The notes under the pieces are model-generated. The model was given only the letters and a program-made list of their open reading frames with translations, searched no databases and had not been told where the DNA came from. Both the position numbers and the translations under genes were made by a program. From sequence record NC_019929.1: a stretch of DNA of 64,000 nt; one strand, 5' to 3'. Of this stretch, positions 39,206-48,548 are shown piece after piece (positions within the stretch are counted from its first letter, which is position 1; each line of letters starts with the position of its first letter).

Positions 39206-40459
39206 ATGTCAGATAAAACACTTGAGACCTCAGTGGTCAATATTCTCTCGAGATTCCCTGACTTGCTGCGCCAGCGCGCAGAGTCAACGGAAGAATTCAA
39301 CGCGGTGCTTAACAATGAGCACATCACGCTGGTTGAGCAAAGCCTACTGGGTCTGGATTATCTTCCGGGTATTCTCGAAAAACTCCAAATCTTGCTGGCT
39401 GCTAACCAGTTGACCGCAATCTCTTTGCTGGTCGGTGTTCCTGAGGTAGATATCCTCGGCACCCTGGACAAAGTTAGCACCCAACGTAATGTCCTGGACA
39501 ACGCCGCACGCAGCGGCGCACGCCTGGCGAAGTTTGCCGTGGGCGAGTCATCCCGCTTTGGCTTGCCGTCATACGATAAAACCGCCATCGCTGTGGGTGA
39601 ATCTCGCCGTCCGGGTGGTCGTGGTCGAGGCAGTGATTTCATGATGGGCGCAAACGCCAAGTATGACGATTACTCCTCTATTGGTGGCGATAACGTGACC
39701 AATAACGACAACAGCCGTAACGACAACCGTACCACGAACCACACGGTCAATAACATTGACGGTTCGGGTAAGGCCGGGAAAGTCGCCGCGACTCTGCCGA
39801 GCAATACCTTGAAACAACTGCATGAGCAGGAAGGGTTGTCGAACGGTAAGCTGTTCTCTGTGACCTTCGAGCGTGACGGTAATAAGGTTGAGCTGCCAAT
39901 GCAGTTACGCCTGGCGGTGAAATCCCTGCCAACCGAACAAATCGAAACCATCATTGCATTCAGCGACCAGACCAAAACGTTCTGGGAACGTGTGCTGCGT
40001 GCCAAAGTGGGTTCTCTGAGCTACGCGAAAGACATCGCGCTGTGTAACGACCTTATCGACGAGTACCGTAAGAACCGCTACCGTGATAAGTCCGGCTACT
40101 ACCGCAAGATGATGGAGAAGAAGAACGGCAACTGGCTGTCTGGTCTGCTGAGCCTGTCTCCGTCTATCAACAATGCCTCGTCTATCATGGTGGTGTCGCA
40201 GGACACTATCGACGGGCTGTCTGCCCAGCTCGGTGGTGACTTCGACGACTTCAACGTCCGTCAGCGTGTGTTCCAGGATACCCTGACAGTTTACTACGTT
40301 GTGGTAGACACCGTCTGGAACCGTGTCACCATCTATACTCGTGGCCAGGCTTCTCCGCGTGAAATGGACAAGTCTGACTTTAGTAAAGCGAAGGCCGGTA
40401 GCGGCGATGTGAATAAAATCATCGAAGCTTATCGTTCAGGCGCGCAACCGGTTCTTTAA
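39206..40459 (+). CDS. Virion head protein (phiKZ gp89-like)
   Basis: 417 aa; duplicated AVGES segments and an Asn-rich linker; synteny. Confidence 0.55.
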   Translation: MSDKTLETSVVNILSRFPDLLRQRAESTEEFNAVLNNEHITLVEQSLLGLDYLPGILEKLQILLAANQLTAISLLVGVPEVDILGTLDKVSTQRNVLDNAARSGARLAKFAVGESSRFGLPSYDKTAIAVGESRRPGGRGRGSDFMMGANAKYDDYSSIGGDNVTNNDNSRNDNRTTNHTVNNIDGSGKAGKVAATLPSNTLKQLHEQEGLSNGKLFSVTFERDGNKVELPMQLRLAVKSLPTEQIETIIAFSDQTKTFWERVLRAKVGSLSYAKDIALCNDLIDEYRKNRYRDKSGYYRKMMEKKNGNWLSGLLSLSPSINNASSIMVVSQDTIDGLSAQLGGDFDDFNVRQRVFQDTLTVYYVVVDTVWNRVTIYTRGQASPREMDKSDFSKAKAGSGDVNKIIEAYRSGAQPVL

Positions 40460-40469
40460 GGGGTAAGAA

Positions 40470-41408
40470 ATGCCGATTCCAAATGCGTTGGCGATGCTAC
40501 TGCCAACTTTCGAATCTACGAATTTGAAAAACCAACTGTCATCCAACTGCGATGCCATTGGTGATGCGTTGCTGCCACAGTTCGTGAACTTGCAAGAACT
40601 CGTGGGCACAGTCCAGGGCAAACCGTTTAAGTCTAAACCGGTTGCCGAGTTATCCGAGAACTTCGTGAAGTATCTCCATCAGTCCGGTCTGGACGTGAAG
40701 GGGCTGCGTAACGCCAGTATGCTCGAGTACGTGATTGCGTCCATGGAAAACGTTCTGCAACTGCGCCCGTTCCTGGAACAGTGCATTACCCGTGACATCG
40801 GCAAAACGCTGGTGACATCCTCGCTGACGTTCAACAAACAAACCGTGTTGCAGATACTCGACCTGATCGACTTCTTCACCGGTTACAGCAGCATCCTGGT
40901 CAACTACATCACCGCCGAAGAAATTGCGTCTATCGAAGGGTCGAACATTGCAGTGAAGGGAATCGGTCCGAAAGACCTTCAATACCTGCAAACGCGTTCT
41001 ATCTCTTACGGTATTGCGGTGCGTGTGCTGGCGACGCCGATTGCTAAGTTGAAAGCGGACTATGCGGAAATCCCCGAAGCTGTCTTCGATGAAGACACGT
41101 ACAACGATTTAGTCAAACAGTTCGGTTCGAGCTCGACTGATCCGTTGGGTATGTCTTCTGTGCCGTTCCCGTTATCGCTCATCTACCGTGCTCGCCTGAA
41201 CTGGGCCGAGTGGCAGATGGATCGTTACGACGAATGTGTCGAAGCTGCTAAGGCGACTGAACTGCGTATCCTGCTGTACAAAAAGCAACAGGCCGACGGT
41301 AAGGGTGATGCGCACATTGAGAAACTCATCGAAGCGCACGAAAAGCGTTTGATGGAACTCAAGTACAAACGTGAGCGTCTGGAGAAAAAATACGGGCTGG
41401 CTGCGTAA
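40470..41408 (+). CDS. Virion head protein (phiKZ gp90-like)
   Basis: 312 aa with a C-terminal coiled coil; synteny. Confidence 0.55.
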   Translation: MPIPNALAMLLPTFESTNLKNQLSSNCDAIGDALLPQFVNLQELVGTVQGKPFKSKPVAELSENFVKYLHQSGLDVKGLRNASMLEYVIASMENVLQLRPFLEQCITRDIGKTLVTSSLTFNKQTVLQILDLIDFFTGYSSILVNYITAEEIASIEGSNIAVKGIGPKDLQYLQTRSISYGIAVRVLATPIAKLKADYAEIPEAVFDEDTYNDLVKQFGSSSTDPLGMSSVPFPLSLIYRARLNWAEWQMDRYDECVEAAKATELRILLYKKQQADGKGDAHIEKLIEAHEKRLMELKYKRERLEKKYGLAA

Positions 41409-41429
41409 GCCCGTTAGCAGGAGTGTCTC

Positions 41430-41990
41430 ATGTCTGTAGAAACCAATCCGGATTTTAATCTGGCCGAGAAGAAAATCAAAAACTTCATGGCCATCATGAC
41501 CCAAAACCCCGTGGAAACACACGACGATAAGTTGATTCACGAAACGCTGCAAGCGTGTGCGGTGGTCTTGCCTTACTTTCGTATGCTGGGTGCCCAGTCC
41601 GTCCAGGATGTATTATATGACGAATATCCGCAAGTCGGTTTTACGTTTAATACGTTCTACAACGAGTCTGTCGCATTCTTGCTGGATGGCAAGCGCCGTT
41701 CAACGTCCCTTGGCCAGTGGTCGGTGTTGATGACAACGTACATGAACGACGTACACAACACCAAGTCTGTAGAACATACCGGTGGGCTGGGTAGCCGCTT
41801 GATTGCAGCTGCTTACGGTCGTGCGGGTAAAGTTCGTGATATGGGTAAAGCACATCAAACGTGGACAGCGGATGCGCGCCTATTATCTTATGCAGACCAC
41901 GAACTGCTGGCACGGTGGATGACACGTCCTAACGGGTTGTCTGATATGATCTCGTCGTTAGCAGTGTTTTTAAAAATCGCACGTCCCTAA
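41430..41990 (+). CDS. Virion protein (186 aa)
   Basis: CAGGAG RBS; lies within the head operon. Confidence 0.6.
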   Translation: MSVETNPDFNLAEKKIKNFMAIMTQNPVETHDDKLIHETLQACAVVLPYFRMLGAQSVQDVLYDEYPQVGFTFNTFYNESVAFLLDGKRRSTSLGQWSVLMTTYMNDVHNTKSVEHTGGLGSRLIAAAYGRAGKVRDMGKAHQTWTADARLLSYADHELLARWMTRPNGLSDMISSLAVFLKIARP

Positions 41991-42045
41991 GGGGGCCCCT
42001 ATCCAGGGGCGTGTAATTGGGTTATAACCAAAGGAACCAAACGAA

Positions 42046-43326
42046 ATGGCAAATTTTGCACAACGTAAGATGGCCCGCGAGTCCGTTGAGACCGAAGGCG
42101 ATGTAATCGACGGTATCAGCAACGTTGAACCGGCTGAAGAAAACATCGACGTCCAGCTGGCCGAAGTTGCCTCTATGGACGGTCAGCTCGAGCAGCTGGA
42201 AGGTGACGGCGAAACTCTGTCTACTGACACCCAGCGTACCGAAGCAGCGATCGACTCTGCTGACGAAGCGATCGAAAACGGCGAAGAACAACCGGAAGAA
42301 GCCATTGCCCACACCGAAGTGGCGCAAGAGTCTATCCGTCGTCGCTGGGGCATTGACCGCACCAAACTGGCGCGTGAATCATTCCGCCGTGGTCGCGGCA
42401 TGACCAAAGCCGCTCAGGAAGGCTGGAAAGATACCCTGAAGGATCTGTACAAGCGCTTCATCGAATTCTGTAAAGAAGTGATTGGCAAGATCAAAGATCT
42501 GAAACTGAAATACATCAACGTTGGTAAGTCGGCACAGAAACGTGCGAAGGCGTACCAGGAAGCGATCCGTAAGCTGGGCAAAGTTAAGAGCGGCAAAGAG
42601 AACATCTCTGGCGGCTTCATTAGCAAACTGTCTATCGAAGGTAAATTCGACGTTGCTGGTTCTATCGCTATCGCGAAAGACGTGACCGGCGGTAAAGTGA
42701 AAGGCGCGATCACTGCTCTGTCTAAACAGGCTGATGAAACTGCGGTTGCTGTTGCCAAAGGCACCGGCGATGCGTTCTCTGCGCTGAAAGGCAACGAAGC
42801 TGTGACTCTGTTCGGTACTGCTGCGACCAAACTGCGCAACCTGCCGCAGTTCGAAGATGCTGAATCTCAGCGTCTGCTGGCCCTGCCGGGCAACGCGTAC
42901 ATCCAGTCTGGTAATAAGAAACTGGCTGGCGGTCATGATTTCACCGCGATCGCGTTCATGTCAACTGGCGACAACAGCGAAGAGAAAGAAGTGTCTGTAC
43001 CTAACGCTTCTGCTCTGTCTTCTGCTGCGTCTGCGCTGGACTCTATCGGCAAGAGCTTTGAAGCTGTGCTGAAAGATTTCCGTGTGTATGACACCGAAAT
43101 CGAGAAGCTGCAACAGGCAGCTGAGAAAGCGGCTTCTGCGCTGGATAAATCCAACGACGAAACCGAGTGGGAAGGTCTGCGTTCTGCACGCTCTGCGGCT
43201 GACCAGTCTGTTAAGAACTACCAGACTCTGAACCGTGCCGTGAACTACGTTGGTAACACTGTTATCAGCGGCCTGAACGGTTACATCGGTGCTGGTATCG
43301 GCGCGTACGAAAAGTCTAAAGCTTAA
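42046..43326 (+). CDS. Abundant inner-head protein, paralog 1 (phiKZ gp93 family / SPN3US gp53-like)
   Basis: Acidic propeptide with ARE-S, AQE-S and AQE-G sites; extreme codon bias; paralogous to the next gene. Confidence 0.75.
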   Translation: MANFAQRKMARESVETEGDVIDGISNVEPAEENIDVQLAEVASMDGQLEQLEGDGETLSTDTQRTEAAIDSADEAIENGEEQPEEAIAHTEVAQESIRRRWGIDRTKLARESFRRGRGMTKAAQEGWKDTLKDLYKRFIEFCKEVIGKIKDLKLKYINVGKSAQKRAKAYQEAIRKLGKVKSGKENISGGFISKLSIEGKFDVAGSIAIAKDVTGGKVKGAITALSKQADETAVAVAKGTGDAFSALKGNEAVTLFGTAATKLRNLPQFEDAESQRLLALPGNAYIQSGNKKLAGGHDFTAIAFMSTGDNSEEKEVSVPNASALSSAASALDSIGKSFEAVLKDFRVYDTEIEKLQQAAEKAASALDKSNDETEWEGLRSARSAADQSVKNYQTLNRAVNYVGNTVISGLNGYIGAGIGAYEKSKA

Positions 43327-43397
43327 TCGTATAGCTGTAGCTCGGTTTCCAAATCATTAACGGCGGTACAAGTGTGCCGCCCAGAGGATCAAAGAAG

Positions 43398-44651
43398 ATG
43401 GCAAATTTTGCGCAAAAACAAGCTGCCCGTGAATCGATCGAAGGTGCAGGCACCATCGTTCCGGACGGTATCGAACTGCCAGCGGAGTCCGTAGAAGGTA
43501 CTCTGGCTGACATCGAGCACGACACCAAACCTATCGACCAGATGGATGCGGAAGCAGACGTCCTGTCCGAAGATGGTGACGAAACTGATGCACAGCTGGA
43601 TGCAGTTGATTCTGCCCAGGCTGCTGCTGATGGCGAAGGTGACGACGCTGACATGGAAGCGGAAGAAGATATGCCTGACGATGCAGCCGATGCGCTGGAT
43701 GTTGCTCAGGAATCTATCCGTAAGCGTTGGGGCTTCGAACACCGCACCAGCGTTGCTCGCGAAAGCTACGGTTCTCGTAACCGCCGTAAGGTCGCTCGTG
43801 AATCCCTGTGGGATGACATCAAAGCGTTCCTGAAGCGTATCTGGGAATGGCTGAAAGAGCAGGGTCGTAAAGTGAAAGACCGCTGGCTGAAATTCAGCAA
43901 CCAGGGTAAATCTATCCAGGCGCGCGCGAAAAAGTACGACGGTGCGATCCGTAACCTCGGCAAGCAGAAGAAAGACACCATTTCTGGTGGCTTCATCAAG
44001 CAGCTGACCAAAGGCGGCAAGTTCGTTGGTAACGACGTACCTGCGCTGAAAGCGGTATCCGATGAAATCGGTGCTATCTACGCTGCGCAGGAAACCACCG
44101 TGTCTAAACTGACCGGTCTGGTGGCTGGCGTTGAAGGTGGCAAACTGAAGGCTGGCTTCGCAGAAGCGGTCAACGGTAGCGTACTGAAGAAAAATGGCAA
44201 CGTTGACCTGCTGGGCAACCAGGTAGGTAAAGCAGAAATCACTGGCGAAGGCGACGAAGTCAATGCGTCCTTCACCGTGGTCGAAGCTGAAGGCAGCGTG
44301 GAAAGCTCGGTTTCTACTCCGAACGCATCTACCCTGTCCTCTCTGGTAGCCTTCTTCAACCAGCTCGGTAAGAAAGTGGAAGAAAACGTGAAAGCGTACC
44401 ACAAGAACAACCAGGCTGTTGATAAGTACGAACGTGCTATCGAAGGGCTGCTCAAGCGTATTGACAACGTGAAAATCGATGACAATCCTGAGCTGACCAG
44501 CAATGTCCGTGTTGCCCGCCGTGCTATCACTGTCGGTAACCAGATCATCTCCTACACTGAGCGCTGCATCGCGACTGGTCAGAAAAACCTGATCAGCGGC
44601 GTAAACGGCTACATCAGTGCTGGTATTGCTGCGCACGAAAAGTCTAAGTAA
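43398..44651 (+). CDS. Abundant inner-head protein, paralog 2 (SPN3US gp54-like)
   Basis: Same MANFAQ..ARES start, ISGGFI core and NGYIxAGIxA.EKSK end as paralog 1; ATG at 43398. Confidence 0.75.
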   Translation: MANFAQKQAARESIEGAGTIVPDGIELPAESVEGTLADIEHDTKPIDQMDAEADVLSEDGDETDAQLDAVDSAQAAADGEGDDADMEAEEDMPDDAADALDVAQESIRKRWGFEHRTSVARESYGSRNRRKVARESLWDDIKAFLKRIWEWLKEQGRKVKDRWLKFSNQGKSIQARAKKYDGAIRNLGKQKKDTISGGFIKQLTKGGKFVGNDVPALKAVSDEIGAIYAAQETTVSKLTGLVAGVEGGKLKAGFAEAVNGSVLKKNGNVDLLGNQVGKAEITGEGDEVNASFTVVEAEGSVESSVSTPNASTLSSLVAFFNQLGKKVEENVKAYHKNNQAVDKYERAIEGLLKRIDNVKIDDNPELTSNVRVARRAITVGNQIISYTERCIATGQKNLISGVNGYISAGIAAHEKSK

Positions 44652-44664
44652 TTAGGCTGGCGAC

Positions 44665-44702
44665 ATCCCCCACTTCGGTGGGGGATTTCCCTTTCTTTTT
44701 TT
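44665..44702 (+). terminator. Intrinsic terminator
   Basis: ATCCCCCAC-TTCG-GTGGGGGAT followed by a pyrimidine run. Confidence 0.8.
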
Positions 44703-44724
44703 GTCCCGGATTATAAATTGTTTC

Positions 44725-44737
44725 AGATATATATTAC
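44725..44737 (+). promoter_or_regulatory. Early (vRNAP-type) promoter AGATATATATTAC
   Basis: Contains TATATTAC, the early promoter consensus reported for phiKZ; heads an accessory cassette. Confidence 0.7.
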
Positions 44738-44793
44738 CTAAGTGAGATTCTATATTGAATCTTTTCCCCCAACCCATTTAAGGAATATTTATC

Positions 44794-45450
44794 ATGAACA
44801 ATATCTTAACTTTTGCTGGCGTTACCCCAACTGTTGTTGAGAACGGTCGTCTGTCATTCGCGAAAGGCGAAGACCGTATGTCTATTACTAAACTCGAACT
44901 CCACGCGATTAACCTGTGGCTGGCGAGCATGGATGCCCATAACCTACCAACCCTGTTGAAGGTCGGTAGTAGCATCTTCACTGTGGCGAATACCACCACC
45001 ATTCCGAGCCAGGAATACGTTGCCCTGCTGAAAGCAACAAAGGCTGGTCAGTTCGGTACCGATACTTTACTGCAATGCGGTGCACGCTTTATCCACGACG
45101 AAGTGGAGATGATTGGTAATGCCGACAACCCACTGTATCTGCGCCAGGTTGAAGGGGCATGTGAAGCGGTGTTCGGTTATTCGGTTACCGTACCGAACGG
45201 GACTGAGAAAGACCTCGTGGAAAGCGTCGTGAAAGATGCCATCAAATCCACAGCCACGAAACTCGGCAGCGGGTCTATCCCAACCATCACCCGTCAGCTG
45301 AGCACCCTGGCCGAAGAAGTGCACCTGCAAACCCTGCTGCAAAGCTACGAACGTATGACCGTTACCGTCCACGCGTCTTCCCTGCTCGATGACCTGTTGG
45401 ACGTTGTCGACAGTTTGATGCTGCCGGTCACCCTGAAAGAAGCCGCATAA
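44794..45450 (+). CDS. Early hypothetical protein (218 aa)
   Basis: TAAGGA RBS downstream of the early promoter. Confidence 0.75.
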   Translation: MNNILTFAGVTPTVVENGRLSFAKGEDRMSITKLELHAINLWLASMDAHNLPTLLKVGSSIFTVANTTTIPSQEYVALLKATKAGQFGTDTLLQCGARFIHDEVEMIGNADNPLYLRQVEGACEAVFGYSVTVPNGTEKDLVESVVKDAIKSTATKLGSGSIPTITRQLSTLAEEVHLQTLLQSYERMTVTVHASSLLDDLLDVVDSLMLPVTLKEAA

Positions 45451-45461
45451 GCGGCTTTTTT
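45440..45461 (+). terminator. Short terminator-like hairpin
   Basis: AAGCCGC-ATAA-GCGGCTT plus TTTT, overlapping the stop codon. Confidence 0.55.
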
Positions 45462-45513
45462 ACACTTCAACGTAACATTATGTTTTCGACCATTACCAGT
45501 AAGGAGTATTAAC

Positions 45514-46074
45514 ATGCGTACCATTAACCTGCAAGACGTAAAAGACATCGACGCTACTTCAACCCCACTGATGAACGAGCTGTCCATTCTCACGATGTCC
45601 AACGGCGAAGAAATTGTTATTCCTCGCCCGGTGATGCTTGGCCTGGCATTGTTTGTACATGCCGCCTACGGGGCCGCATCCAAGAAATCTATTCTGAATT
45701 ACGACGGCTACCAGTTCGTGATTCCTGACCGTCTGGATTACCAGCCGTTTATCGACCTCCAGATGTTCTACAAATACCTGATCTCCGCAGGTCTGTCACA
45801 CATGTCGAAAGTGTACATCCGCGACTATTCCCGTATTGAGCACTTCTACCGCCGCAAACAAGAGCGTGTACCGGTTGAAGTTGACGGCTATCAGACACGC
45901 CTTATCATGAAGCCACACTCCTTCGAGTTACTGGAGTGTGAGCTGGACATCGAACAGCATCAGTTACGCAATGACTTGATGCGTGGTTATAACCTGCCCA
46001 TGGGCGAAGTCAAAGGGTTGCGTGAACGATCTGGCGATGCAAACTGGTGGGCGAATTCCCGTGCTGCGAAATAA
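45514..46074 (+). CDS. Hypothetical protein (186 aa)
   Basis: TAAGGAG RBS preceded by TTCGACCATTA. Confidence 0.75.
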   Translation: MRTINLQDVKDIDATSTPLMNELSILTMSNGEEIVIPRPVMLGLALFVHAAYGAASKKSILNYDGYQFVIPDRLDYQPFIDLQMFYKYLISAGLSHMSKVYIRDYSRIEHFYRRKQERVPVEVDGYQTRLIMKPHSFELLECELDIEQHQLRNDLMRGYNLPMGEVKGLRERSGDANWWANSRAAK

Positions 46075-46083
46075 GGAGGTCGA

Positions 46084-46434
46084 ATGGAATTCCAATATAC
46101 AGCAAAAACCACACCATCGGCTGTTACCTTTCGTTTCGAAGAACGCGGGGTAAAGCATGAGTACGCTGTGTTAGCAGAGGATGTGCAGGACGCACTCCTC
46201 AAGATGACTGACCCGAATTGGCTAGGTGAGCTAACCCTGCGTTTAAAGACCCCTGTGGCCTGCACAGGGACGTTCTCAGGTGCAACCATGCAGCACATCG
46301 TTTTAGAGGTACAGGGCCGCTCAGCGCGTTTCACGTACTTTACAGACAGCATGGTCACCCGAACGTTTTCCCGTAATCAATTGGTACGCTGTATGCGTGG
46401 ACTGATTAAAGAACTGAATAAGGAAGCGAGATGA
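46084..46434 (+). CDS. Hypothetical protein (116 aa)
   Basis: AGGAGG RBS. Confidence 0.7.
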   Translation: MEFQYTAKTTPSAVTFRFEERGVKHEYAVLAEDVQDALLKMTDPNWLGELTLRLKTPVACTGTFSGATMQHIVLEVQGRSARFTYFTDSMVTRTFSRNQLVRCMRGLIKELNKEAR

Positions 46435-47033
46435 AAATCTCTTTGATTGCAGCAGTAGACCGTAACAACGTGATTGGGCGTTCAGCTTCTTTTGCTTTGC
46501 CCTGGCGTCTACCGGCGGATTTGAAGAACTTCAAAGAAGTGACGATGGGGAAGACGTGTATCGTGGGGCGCAAGACCTGGGAGTCGTTTGACTCCACGCC
46601 ACTGCCGGGGCGTAAGTTCATCATCATTACCCGTCACCCGGATGACCTACAGGTCAAACTGCGTCGTCCGGAACAACCGCTGGATTCAGCAATAGGGGCG
46701 ACCAGTATCGGTGCTGCCCTGGCGTTGTGTGAAGAAGAGGGGTTGAATGAGGTGTTCATTATCGGAGGTGCTGAGATTTATCATCAGTGCTTGCCGATGG
46801 CGCACGCAGTTTACCTTTCACGGATTGATCTCGTGGTAGAAGACGGGGACGTGTTCTTCCCGGATATCAACCGCGACGATTTCCGTTTGGATGTCAGTCT
46901 CACGCATCTGCCGGACGGTGAATCCCACACCCACCGCTGGACGTATCAAATCTGGAACCGTATTGAAAAACCTAAGCCGGTTCGTCGTTACCCTGGTCAC
47001 GTTGTCAAAAATCTTTCTCTGGAATTACGCTAA
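46431..47033 (+). CDS. folA: Dihydrofolate reductase
   Basis: LIAAVDRNNVIG, LPWRLPADLKNFK, IVGRKTWES, FIIGGAEIY and GDVFFP. Confidence 0.95.
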   Translation: MKISLIAAVDRNNVIGRSASFALPWRLPADLKNFKEVTMGKTCIVGRKTWESFDSTPLPGRKFIIITRHPDDLQVKLRRPEQPLDSAIGATSIGAALALCEEEGLNEVFIIGGAEIYHQCLPMAHAVYLSRIDLVVEDGDVFFPDINRDDFRLDVSLTHLPDGESHTHRWTYQIWNRIEKPKPVRRYPGHVVKNLSLELR

Positions 47034-47371
47034 TGAACCCGAACAACTCCTATCCCGTTAAACGTATCACCCTGACTGAAGAAGGCGCAGTAACTGCTCG
47101 TGCGTTGACCAGCTGCCCCATGAAACTGACAGACGTGCTTATCGGCCAGGACGGTATCTTCCTGATTTTCGGTGAGCGTGACCGTGTCTTCCACCGCGTC
47201 GACCAGCCCGAAGAGTTTCTGCAACTCGCCGCGACGTTGGGCGACCAGGAACAGACCTCTGATGTGGCTATCAACGTAACCCCGAGTGATTTGTTCATTG
47301 TACGTGACAAACACAGCGCTTGTGGTTTACGTGCAGTGCGCTGGAAACGCGAGTGGTTAGCTCGCGCCTAA
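47033..47371 (+). CDS. Hypothetical protein (112 aa)
   Basis: TAATG coupling to the DHFR gene. Confidence 0.7.
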   Translation: MNPNNSYPVKRITLTEEGAVTARALTSCPMKLTDVLIGQDGIFLIFGERDRVFHRVDQPEEFLQLAATLGDQEQTSDVAINVTPSDLFIVRDKHSACGLRAVRWKREWLARA

Positions 47372-47408
47372 TTAACCAATTCGACCATTACCCTTAAGGA
47401 ATACCACA

Positions 47409-48473
47409 ATGAGAGCACCGCAAGCAGACGCAACCTGGATGAAGTTTGGCGACGATATTGAGCAAGCTATCGGCGCAATGCCAAAACCTAAGACCCCGGA
47501 AGAATTAAGAATTGAGCAGTTTGCTGAATTCAAAATCGAAACCCATCGTAAACAGTTAGGCGCGTACGGTCTGGTTAATTCGTTTAACCGCCTCCTTCGC
47601 CTGACCGTTTCAGTTGAAGCCCGCCGCAAGATGACGATGCCTGATCTTGACGAAGTGCTCCGTAAACACCCGCGTCTTTTTAAAGAGACAACGACGGTAA
47701 CGGAGTTCTTTGAAATGGGCTTACCTAAGTTAAGACTTAAACCGGAAGAGGTTATGATATTCAACCAGGCGTCGGGTTGTTGGATATCTTACCTTGACGT
47801 TATCGAGCGTACAGATGTCTCTCAGTTAACGCTGGGTGAGCTGAAAGTAATGAAGCGCGATGTTGGCTATACGGTTGATCTCAAAGCAATCATCGCTGCG
47901 CTCGAGAATGAAATCTTTGAAGTTGAAAAGCTACGGGTTAAGATTACGGTGAAGGGTAACTTCGGCAAACGTTCCTACAAAGCCATGTGGCCAACGCCGG
48001 TGTCGGCCACTACGCTGGCGGTGAACTGGATACAGAAGCGACTGGCATCTATGCAGGTGTATCCGGAGGAGGTGCAGTTTACACTTCCGGATGGACGCAA
48101 AGCTGACGGTATCCATTTGGTGTCAACCAAATCTAAACTACGCATCACTGACCTCCGTTTCAAAGACGAGGACTTATTACCCGTGGGTACCCGACCAACA
48201 ACAGTCGGCGCACTGGAGAACAAAATTCTCCAGCAAGAAGGGGTGATGGTTGTTCTGCGTCTTCCTGCAAACAACACACTACCTTACTTCTTCATCAAAC
48301 GGTCTGCTGACAATCTTCCCGTTCAGGAATACGTCCGTAGAGTGTTGAGTCGATATGAACTCAACCCGGAAGATGTGGTGTTCATTCACGGTGATACAAT
48401 GCGTCCGTTTAATCCGGATGAGTTTTACACCATGGGACAGTTACGCGAAACCTATAAGGGTAAAGCGAAATAA
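47409..48473 (+). CDS. Hypothetical protein with three internal repeats (354 aa)
   Basis: TAAGGA RBS preceded by AATTCGACCATTA; three PE(E/D)V motifs. Confidence 0.7.
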   Translation: MRAPQADATWMKFGDDIEQAIGAMPKPKTPEELRIEQFAEFKIETHRKQLGAYGLVNSFNRLLRLTVSVEARRKMTMPDLDEVLRKHPRLFKETTTVTEFFEMGLPKLRLKPEEVMIFNQASGCWISYLDVIERTDVSQLTLGELKVMKRDVGYTVDLKAIIAALENEIFEVEKLRVKITVKGNFGKRSYKAMWPTPVSATTLAVNWIQKRLASMQVYPEEVQFTLPDGRKADGIHLVSTKSKLRITDLRFKDEDLLPVGTRPTTVGALENKILQQEGVMVVLRLPANNTLPYFFIKRSADNLPVQEYVRRVLSRYELNPEDVVFIHGDTMRPFNPDEFYTMGQLRETYKGKAK

Positions 48474-48476
48474 CAT

Positions 48477-48507
48477 CAGGGGGCTTCGGCTCCCTGTTTT
48501 TTTTTTT
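48477..48507 (+). terminator. Intrinsic terminator
   Basis: CAGGGGGC-TTCG-GCTCCCTG followed by T11. Confidence 0.8.
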
Positions 48508-48548
48508 GCATTTTCAGCCAGTGATATGACTACAACGAGGGAAAGCCC

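Noticed and set aside
43389-44636. 415-aa antisense ORF over the inner-head paralog (similarly 42379-42936)
   Set aside because: Same codon-bias shadow effect.
46431-47033. DHFR as a mobile trimethoprim-resistance cassette
   Set aside because: No integron or IS context; nucleotide-metabolism genes are common in large phages.
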